Below are positions 17,364 through 23,253 of a DNA stretch of 23,253 nucleotides, one piece after another. The DNA is from a virus. Its lineage: Duplodnaviria; Heunggongvirae; Uroviricota; Caudoviricetes. The stretch lies in the IMG/VR virus record IMGVR_UViG_2778261381_000011, one strand, 5' to 3'. Position numbers and translations under genes: made by a program. The notes beneath the pieces were generated by a model, which saw nothing but the letters and a program-made list of their open reading frames with translations, made no database searches and had not been told where the DNA came from. Each line of letters starts with the position of its first letter. The first letter of the stretch is position 1.

Positions 17364-19645
17364 GTCCACTCCATTACTGTTGAGAATCCCGGCCACTCAT
17401 CAGCGACCGAATACGTGAATTTTTTCCCGTCATAATTTACGGTTGCCCCACGCGCCAGCGCCTCAATCTCCCATCGCTGAGGCCTGATACCGTTCTGAGC
17501 AAGGTCAACGCGGATACGGGTAATTTGCATTCTTTCCGACCGGGTCAGTCTGGCCGATGGTGCAATTTCATGTGGTTTTAACGGGCTTCCGTTTCTTTGC
17601 TGACGGTTTGGCGTTCTCAGGTCGTGTTTTAATGCGCCCCTGAGCGCCCTCACGACCTCCGGTTCATTCCATTCAATAACACCGTTATCAACCAGATTAA
17701 GCACTGCTGCGGCGTGCTCAGAAGGTGTGGGAGCCAGTAACGAAGCATCACCACCAGTGAGCTTTCCACAGTTATTGACAGGACTCCGAGGCGCGGCGAT
17801 GCCGCTTTTTAAAGTCAAAGGCTCAACGACCGGAACTTTCGGCACAATGCGCCAGTCCGTCGTTCTGGTGATATGAATATGACGCGCGCCGAGATGCGGC
17901 GCGTAAATGCCGACCACTCTCTCGACTTCTTCCTCGTACTCGTTAACGTCATCCGACGGGCTACGGGCGACCCTGACAGTCTGACGATCGCGCGGAACAT
18001 TTGCCCCACCCTGCGCGCTGATATACAACGCAAAATCACCACTGTCTGCGGCGGCGCGTGCAGCCTCGACGCGTTCGTCAAACTCATCAGCAATGCTGAC
18101 GCCACGAGGCAATTTGCGTAGTTCACGGTAAGCCCCCATTGTCGGCAGACCAACCGTTTTAAATTGCGGGATGCGCCACGTTGACGCCCATGCGGTAACA
18201 GCCGCGGCAGTATCTTTAAGCGGCCTGCCGGTATCGTTATCGAGCTGACCATCCAGTGCATAGCCGTCGATATTTTTTGAGATGTATTTAGCGATATACC
18301 CCGCAGCACCACCCCGGTTAAGGTGTTTTGCCTGAAAACGGTTTCGCGCGGCTCCTCTTTCGTCGCCATCCTCTTTGAGCGCATAGCGACGCATGATTTC
18401 GATAATCTGGTTACGCTGGCGTGGATTACAAAAAAGCATCATATGCCAGTGCGGTGTTCCGTCGTGGTGTGGCTCGACGACACGCAAACCGTAGACCTGT
18501 AAATCATTATCCTTGAATGCCGTACGCATCAGGCTCCAGATACGGCAGAGATAACGCTGCGCATCCTTTGGATTAAATGCCTCATCATTCCAGCCGTGAT
18601 TAAGCTGGACGGTTTTACTTTCGCCTTTTCCGACCTGACGTGTCGGGTGATACTTTGACGGCGTGGTCAGCGTGATAAACATCCCCACATCACCCTCTGC
18701 GGCGGCGTAACGCTCAATACCGGCAATGGTGTTCATCAGCTCCATCCGGCGAATTTCAGGATTAGAAATACTGCCCATCACCTTACTGATAAGGTCGATG
18801 CGCTCGCCGGTTTCCCTGTTTTCAAGGTCACACGATTTAAGAAATTCCAGATTTGCCTGGCGGCGTGCACGCACATCACGAATGGCATGTTTACTGGCAT
18901 AAGGAGAACGGTCTTTATTCACCTCCCCGACAGCAATCAGTAACGCCTCATGCCAGCGCATACGCTGGCCTTTAAGCTGATGAGTCCACCACTCATCGTT
19001 AAACAGACGGGCAATGGCAGAATATGCCTGCCTCGTGGTCATCTGTCCTTTACGGTATTTTTTCCAGTAGAGAGGGGAAATATTGAAAGCACGTGCAGCG
19101 CCAGCAACATGACCATAGAGGTGAGCCTGCGCCTCATCCGTAAACAGCGATTCTTTTTCGCCATGTGCATCCACCCAGGCATCGCTGAGTTCCTCATACA
19201 TCATGAAAAGCTGCGATGAGATACGGGCAGCAAACTTTTTCAGGTCCTTGTCATTCATTCCCGGCAGGCGCGCATAGTGGTCACGCTCTGCCAGAAACAG
19301 TAACGACGCGTCGGTGTTCATTTCATGGCGCTGATTCACACGCTCAATGCGCGGCCATAAACGACGCTGAAAAGTGGATGTGAGGAAATAAAACCCGTGC
19401 ACCGGGCTTTTATTGCGCCGGATGTAGTCATAGCGTGAAGTAAACAGCGAGCGCAAAAAGTAAGGCAGGCGGTTAATCGTGGATAAAACACCTTGCACCT
19501 GACGCATCTCGTCACGTGTAAGGGGTCTTTCGCGCCCGACGGCCTCGCGTGGCGCGTTCCATGCATAAGCACCGGTAAACGTCTTACCGGTGCCTGCGGC
19601 AAATGCTGACGGAGGGACAAAACGCCCGGAGGCTTTAACGGCCAT
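17360..19645 (-). CDS. A: Replication initiation endonuclease gpA (rolling-circle initiator)
   Basis: ATG at 19645 gives MAVKASGRFVPPSAFAAGTGK..., 761 aa, near-identical to P2 gpA as I recall it. The track's 14-aa N-terminal extension is probably not used. Confidence 0.95.
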   Translation of the reverse strand: MAVKASGRFVPPSAFAAGTGKTFTGAYAWNAPREAVGRERPLTRDEMRQVQGVLSTINRLPYFLRSLFTSRYDYIRRNKSPVHGFYFLTSTFQRRLWPRIERVNQRHEMNTDASLLFLAERDHYARLPGMNDKDLKKFAARISSQLFMMYEELSDAWVDAHGEKESLFTDEAQAHLYGHVAGAARAFNISPLYWKKYRKGQMTTRQAYSAIARLFNDEWWTHQLKGQRMRWHEALLIAVGEVNKDRSPYASKHAIRDVRARRQANLEFLKSCDLENRETGERIDLISKVMGSISNPEIRRMELMNTIAGIERYAAAEGDVGMFITLTTPSKYHPTRQVGKGESKTVQLNHGWNDEAFNPKDAQRYLCRIWSLMRTAFKDNDLQVYGLRVVEPHHDGTPHWHMMLFCNPRQRNQIIEIMRRYALKEDGDERGAARNRFQAKHLNRGGAAGYIAKYISKNIDGYALDGQLDNDTGRPLKDTAAAVTAWASTWRIPQFKTVGLPTMGAYRELRKLPRGVSIADEFDERVEAARAAADSGDFALYISAQGGANVPRDRQTVRVARSPSDDVNEYEEEVERVVGIYAPHLGARHIHITRTTDWRIVPKVPVVEPLTLKSGIAAPRSPVNNCGKLTGGDASLLAPTPSEHAAAVLNLVDNGVIEWNEPEVVRALRGALKHDLRTPNRQQRNGSPLKPHEIAPSARLTRSERMQITRIRVDLAQNGIRPQRWEIEALARGATVNYDGKKFTYSVADEWPGFSTVMEWT

Positions 19646-20132
19646 ATGAGCCAAAAGCCTCTGAACAACGCTTGCTGAGTTGCTCAACCTGCGCGTTTAA
19701 ATCAGCAAAAGACTTTGCGCTTCCGGTCAGAATATCGTGATGCATCAGGCCGGAAACGAGCTGGCTTAATTTCGGGTAATAACCAACCACCGCCAGCCAT
19801 TCCTGACCGGCGTTTTTACCGCTTTCCGCTCTCTTTTTCTCGTGGAGAATAAACTGAAAGCTGTCACTGGTAACGACATAACGTTCGCCAATTTCAATAC
19901 GAATACTCATGCCGTTCTCCGGTAATGTTTGTTTTTTTGCTTCAAAGACTGACTGACAGGAAACACAACGCGTGGCTGACGGGTAAGCCGCACGACGGGC
20001 AGCAGGTATTGGCGCGTCACACTCTTCGCAAACCAGCGCAGAAGCACCGCAATGTTTTACCCTTGCCGCGTTAATCTGGCGCTCCAGTAATTCAGCCTGT
20101 TGTTCCTGAATAAAATCTACGTTGTCCGGCAT
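19635..20132 (-). CDS. orf82/orf83-like region read as one 165-aa ORF: TraR/DksA-type C4 zinc-finger domain followed in frame by a second small-protein domain
   Basis: N-terminal part has CEEC...(19 aa)...CVSC (TraR/DksA-like zinc finger). An internal ATG (MSIRIEIGERYVV...) marks where a second gene would start, but no stop codon separates the two parts. Confidence 0.7.
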   Translation of the reverse strand: MPDNVDFIQEQQAELLERQINAARVKHCGASALVCEECDAPIPAARRAAYPSATRCVSCQSVFEAKKQTLPENGMSIRIEIGERYVVTSDSFQFILHEKKRAESGKNAGQEWLAVVGYYPKLSQLVSGLMHHDILTGSAKSFADLNAQVEQLSKRCSEAFGSYGR

Positions 20133-20134
20133 TA

Positions 20135-20437
20135 TCAGCTCCTTTTATCGTTAAGTTTCCTGGATACATCAGCGCAATAACTGGCAAGTTCTGTCGTTAA
20201 TTTTGTCAGTTCATCCACTGAGGAAATTTGCTTGTGGAATACAGCGCGTTTAACAAGTAAATTGACCACATCAGACAGGAGGTTTAATTCATTCTGATAA
20301 ATCGCGATAACAGATTCAGTTATGTCGCGTTTTTCTTTATCAAGGCAAAGTTGAATAAGAGACAAATCGCCATTTTTCATAACGGCGATTTTTAAGGCGT
20401 TATTCAGTAATACAACTGAATGAGAACAGGACATCAA
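20135..20437 (-). CDS. Small early-region protein (orf81 position), hypothetical
   Basis: 100-aa ORF between B and A in the same orientation; start overlaps the upstream ORF stop (ATGA). Confidence 0.7.
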   Translation of the reverse strand: MMSCSHSVVLLNNALKIAVMKNGDLSLIQLCLDKEKRDITESVIAIYQNELNLLSDVVNLLVKRAVFHKQISSVDELTKLTTELASYCADVSRKLNDKRS

Positions 20438-20658
20438 AGCACCTCCCCGCGAGACAATCCGATATTGTGAAATTTTTCCGACTCCTGACTGAGCAGCTCG
20501 ACTATCTCCACGCGGGATAACTCCGCCTTTGTGATATGGCGAATCATGGCGTCAAGATGAGAAGAAAAGCGTGTCGCTGCGTCGGCCTGTGCTTCGGCTC
20601 TGGCCTGTTGCAGCAGTAATGCGTATTTACCGCACTTGTTTTCAGAAACTGTATGCAT
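20434..20658 (-). CDS. Small early-region protein (orf80 position), hypothetical
   Basis: 74-aa ORF, ATG start, 63 bp downstream of the B stop. Confidence 0.7.
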   Translation of the reverse strand: MHTVSENKCGKYALLLQQARAEAQADAATRFSSHLDAMIRHITKAELSRVEIVELLSQESEKFHNIGLSRGEVL

Positions 20659-20721
20659 GACTTTCTCCAGGCAAAAAGAAGCCCCGCACGATTAAGTGCG
20701 TTAAAAACTCTGGTTAATTAT

Positions 20722-21222
20722 TTAATGCAGATATTGCTCTGGTTTTACCGACGTCAGAATTGTCGGTGCATACTCAAACAGGCTGAATAATTCACGTAAT
20801 GCACGGAACAAAGCATCACGCCAGTAACATGATTCTTCATTAATTCGCCAGTATGGCTGGTTGAATTCTTTTTCAGTCAGTCGTGCGTGCATAAATAAAG
20901 TGCGACGCTGACTGACTGTTAAAAAACTAATATATGCATACTCACTTGCGCCAACCTGACGGCGTTTTGAGAATGCCCCACGCAATTCATCAATTGCACA
21001 TACCAGCCGTTCACGTTCGACGTCGTTCATTTCTTCAAAACGCATCGTTGCGTGACGCTGTTTTAACTGCGCATGAAAGCAAACCGTTAACCGTTCGCGC
21101 TCCATCATCTGATTATAATAATCACATGTATCCTGCCAGCGAGGGACGGCAAGATGCTTACCAATTATCCGGCGCATAGTTGCTGGCTGTTTTTCAACGA
21201 GATTGAGCGTCATCACTGTCAT
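20722..21222 (-). CDS. B: Replication protein gpB
   Basis: ATG at 21222 has GGAGGG 8 nt upstream and gives MTVMTLNLVEKQPATMRRIIGKHLAVPRWQ..., 166 aa as in P2 gpB; start overlaps the upstream small ORF stop (ATGA). Confidence 0.9.
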   Translation of the reverse strand: MTVMTLNLVEKQPATMRRIIGKHLAVPRWQDTCDYYNQMMERERLTVCFHAQLKQRHATMRFEEMNDVERERLVCAIDELRGAFSKRRQVGASEYAYISFLTVSQRRTLFMHARLTEKEFNQPYWRINEESCYWRDALFRALRELFSLFEYAPTILTSVKPEQYLH

Positions 21223-21389
21223 TTCCATACCCTCCGGCTTTTCAGAAAGGTCAGAGCCTTTTTTAACGGACTCTGTTTTTTGGTACGGATAATGATTCCC
21301 TTGCGTCCCTTCCCGTGGGTGATGGTGAAGTCAATCGCCATGGGGCTTTCGTTACGCAATAACTGAGCAATACAACGAGGCTCGTTCAT
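21219..21389 (-). CDS. Small protein between cox and B (orf78 position), hypothetical
   Basis: Internal ATG at 21389, just after the cox stop, preceded by GGTGGAAAGG; 56-aa basic product MNEPRCIAQLLRNESPMAIDFTITHGKGRKG.... The longer track ORF overlaps cox. Confidence 0.5.
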   Translation of the reverse strand: MNEPRCIAQLLRNESPMAIDFTITHGKGRKGIIIRTKKQSPLKKALTFLKSRRVWK

Positions 21390-21399
21390 CCTTTCCACC

Positions 21400-21771
21400 T
21401 TAAGCCGCACGGCCATGTCTTGATTTGCTGTAACTAATGCGATTTTTCCAGTCATGCCATTCTGTCGGGGCTTCATCAACCAGTTGGGCTGCGTACTTGT
21501 CCCACTCACGGCGATTAATCCATAATTCAGCTTTCCCTCTTGGTTTTAATGGGTCTGTCATGTAGAAGGCTGGCAGCTTGCCTGCTTTAGCCATTTCAGC
21601 CACCGCGCGTGGTGTCTTACCGATGTAAAGAGCAAAACCTTCTTTCGACAGCAAATCAGATGGGCGCTCTGAAATCTGAATGCTTTTACGTTTGGCTTCA
21701 TTTTCGAAACTTGCCTCATCGCTAGTTGGACAAGAAATTTCTACATTTGTCGTCACTTTGCTATCCTCCAT
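21400..21771 (-). CDS. cox: Cox-like excisionase/transcriptional regulator with an extended N-terminus
   Basis: C-terminal ~85 aa (FALYIGKTPRAVAEMAKAGKLPAFYMTDP...EWHDW) resembles P2 Cox. ORF starts at ATG 21771, but a GTG at 21756 has a GGAGGA RBS 7 nt upstream, so the true start is uncertain. Confidence 0.8.
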   Translation of the reverse strand: MEDSKVTTNVEISCPTSDEASFENEAKRKSIQISERPSDLLSKEGFALYIGKTPRAVAEMAKAGKLPAFYMTDPLKPRGKAELWINRREWDKYAAQLVDEAPTEWHDWKNRISYSKSRHGRAA

Positions 21772-21864
21772 AAGATTTGCGATTCACCAACTGGAGCCAT
21801 CTAGAGCCTTTTTGAGTGAATCACAAATTGCCAAGTAACAATATAATTGGAGATTAGCAAAATT
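21772..21864. promoter_or_regulatory. Immunity switch region between cox and C (candidate Pe/Pc promoters and operator)
   Basis: 93-bp gap between divergent cox and C. 11-bp inverted repeat TTGCGATTCAC (21777..21787) / GTGAATCACAA (21816..21826), 10/11 match, 28 bp apart. TATAAT hexamer at 21842..21847. Confidence 0.5.
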
Positions 21865-22164
21865 ATGTCAAGTGAACAAAGTGAGAAACTAAAGCTCATC
21901 CGTGAATCCGAACGCCTTAAAACTAAGGAACTTGCTGAATTAATTGGAATTAATTACTACACATATCATGGATATGAATCAGGAAAATCAAAAATGCCTA
22001 TGGAAGCAGGTATGAAGCTGTTTAAGCATCCACGCTTTCGCAAGTATCGTGACTGGTTCATGTTTGATGAAACAGATCCAGCAGCTGGACAAATAGCCCC
22101 GGCTCTCGCACACATTGGGCAAGACTCAACAACCTTGCACCACTCAGACCAGAAGACTGGCTGA
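21865..22164 (+). CDS. C: Immunity repressor C (HTH, Cro/CI-type)
   Basis: ATG at 21865 (track begins at an upstream TTG); product has a helix-turn-helix region (KELAELIGINYYTYHGYESG) and a C-terminus GQIAPALAHIGQD...HSDQKTG resembling P2 C; 99 aa. Confidence 0.9.
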   Translation: MSSEQSEKLKLIRESERLKTKELAELIGINYYTYHGYESGKSKMPMEAGMKLFKHPRFRKYRDWFMFDETDPAAGQIAPALAHIGQDSTTLHHSDQKTG

Positions 22165-22257
22165 CGATTTATTCAGCATATGTGTGTAGTAAATGTACGA
22201 AAGAAAATTGCATTAATTTTCAAGTAGTAGAAGTAAACAGCGTCATCGGAGGGCTTT

Positions 22258-23253
22258 ATGTCTATTAAAAAGCTCGATGATGGTCGTTATGAAGTGGACG
22301 TCAGACCGCAGGGTGCAGATGGAAAACGTATCAGGCGGAAATTTAAAACTAAAGGTGAAGCTCAAGCATTCGAACGTCATGTACTGGTTAACTACCACAA
22401 CAAAGAGTGGTTGGAGAAACCAGCCGACCGCCGAACTCTTACAGAGTTGTTAGGCAGATGGTGGATATATCACGGAAAATCACATGAGCGTGGAGATATT
22501 GAACGGGGGCGTTTAACGACAATAATCGCCAAATTTGCAGAAATGGGAGTGTCCAGAGCTGACCAGCTAACAAAGAAAACGATAACTGATTATCGCGTTG
22601 TAATGATGAACGATGGTCTAAAACCAGCCAGCGTAAATCGACATCTGGCAATAATGAGTGGGATGTTCACCAAGTTAATTGACGCCGGTGAATACCACTC
22701 TCACAACCCGTTCCGTGAGATTAAACGGTTACGTGAAGCTGTTACGGAAATGGCTTTTTTGTCCAGTGAAGAGATTACGCGGCTGTTATCCATGCTTGAT
22801 GGTGATGAATTAAATGCAACTCTGGTCTGCCTTTCTACTGGTGGACGCTGGAGTGAAGTGTCTAATTTAAAAGCTGAACACATCATTAACCAGATGGTTA
22901 CGTTTATGAAAACTAAAAACGGAAAACGCAGGACAATTCCCGTTTCGCAGGACCTGATTAAACGGATCAAGACCAAAAATTCAGGCAGGCTTTTTAATGC
23001 CAGTTACTACAAAGTGCGTAACGCTCTCAGGGAAGTAAAACCCGATTTACCTGACGGACAAGCAGTACATGTTTTGAGGCATACATTTGCCACACATTTT
23101 ATAATGAATGGAGGTAACATAATCACATTGCAGCGCATCCTAGGTCATTCTAACATTCAGCAAACTATGACCTACGCACACTTTGCACCGGATTTCTTAC
23201 AAGATGCTGTGACTCTTAACCCGGTGTCAGGAATGTCCATAATGCGTCCATAA
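22258..23253 (+). CDS. int: Tyrosine integrase (P2 Int family)
   Basis: 331 aa; GGAGGG RBS 5 nt upstream; C-terminal catalytic region with R...HVLRHTFATH...LGHSNIQQTMTYAH (R-H-R-Y recombinase signature). Stop codon is the last 3 nt of the window. Confidence 0.95.
   Translation: MSIKKLDDGRYEVDVRPQGADGKRIRRKFKTKGEAQAFERHVLVNYHNKEWLEKPADRRTLTELLGRWWIYHGKSHERGDIERGRLTTIIAKFAEMGVSRADQLTKKTITDYRVVMMNDGLKPASVNRHLAIMSGMFTKLIDAGEYHSHNPFREIKRLREAVTEMAFLSSEEITRLLSMLDGDELNATLVCLSTGGRWSEVSNLKAEHIINQMVTFMKTKNGKRRTIPVSQDLIKRIKTKNSGRLFNASYYKVRNALREVKPDLPDGQAVHVLRHTFATHFIMNGGNIITLQRILGHSNIQQTMTYAHFAPDFLQDAVTLNPVSGMSIMRP

Larger units (their letters stand above)
1..23253. mobile_element. P2-like temperate phage (prophage) segment: late morphogenesis/lysis region, cos, early replication/immunity region and integrase
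   Basis: Gene order and protein sequences match the P2 map in prophage permutation (H-I-J-W-V-S-R-lys-K-Y-X-L-M-N-O / P-Q / cos / cargo / orf91-A-orf83..80-B-cox / C-int). Window starts inside H and ends at the int stop codon. Confidence 0.93.

Noticed and set aside
17815-18384. Minus-strand 189-aa ORF in an alternative frame inside gene A
   Set aside because: Nested in a different frame of the A gene; arginine-rich translation, no start context; likely spurious.
1-23253. CRISPR arrays, tRNA/rRNA genes, insertion sequences
   Set aside because: No regularly spaced direct repeats, no cloverleaf-like tRNA candidates and no transposase-like ORFs were seen on inspection. A tRNA scan was not possible, so a tRNA just outside the int end cannot be excluded.

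Overview
The window is almost entirely a P2-like (Peduovirus-type) temperate phage genome, most likely an integrated prophage of an enterobacterial host. Reading by eye, the proteins match my memory of phage P2 closely in sequence, length and order; nothing was computed or searched. On the minus strand the late region runs from the 5' part of tail-fibre gene H (cut by the left window edge) through baseplate I, J, W, V, tail completion S and R, the lysis cassette (lysC nested in lysB, lysA, endolysin K, holin Y), X, L, terminase M, capsid N and scaffold O. Terminase P and portal Q are divergent on the plus strand, followed by a rho-independent terminator and the 19-nt P2 cos sequence. The early region follows (orf91-like gene, replication initiator A, four small ORFs, B, cox), then repressor C and integrase int on the plus strand, with int ending exactly at the right window edge, so the attachment site lies just outside. 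Two visibly AT-rich insertions interrupt this GC-rich backbone at positions that in P2 hold horizontally acquired genes. (1) Between cos and the A/orf91 block, where P2 carries old and tin, there are two unrecognised genes: a 2-TM membrane protein and a 429-aa protein with a PD-(D/E)xK-like nuclease signature. This is the strongest candidate for a previously undescribed anti-phage or exclusion system. (2) Between S and V, in the P2 orf30 slot, sits a 251-aa protein with an HNH-nuclease-like zinc-finger motif whose start overlaps the S stop codon. No rRNA, tRNA, CRISPR array or insertion sequence was seen. Note that the supplied ORF track uses TTG/GTG as well as ATG starts, so several gene starts were moved to internal ATG codons.
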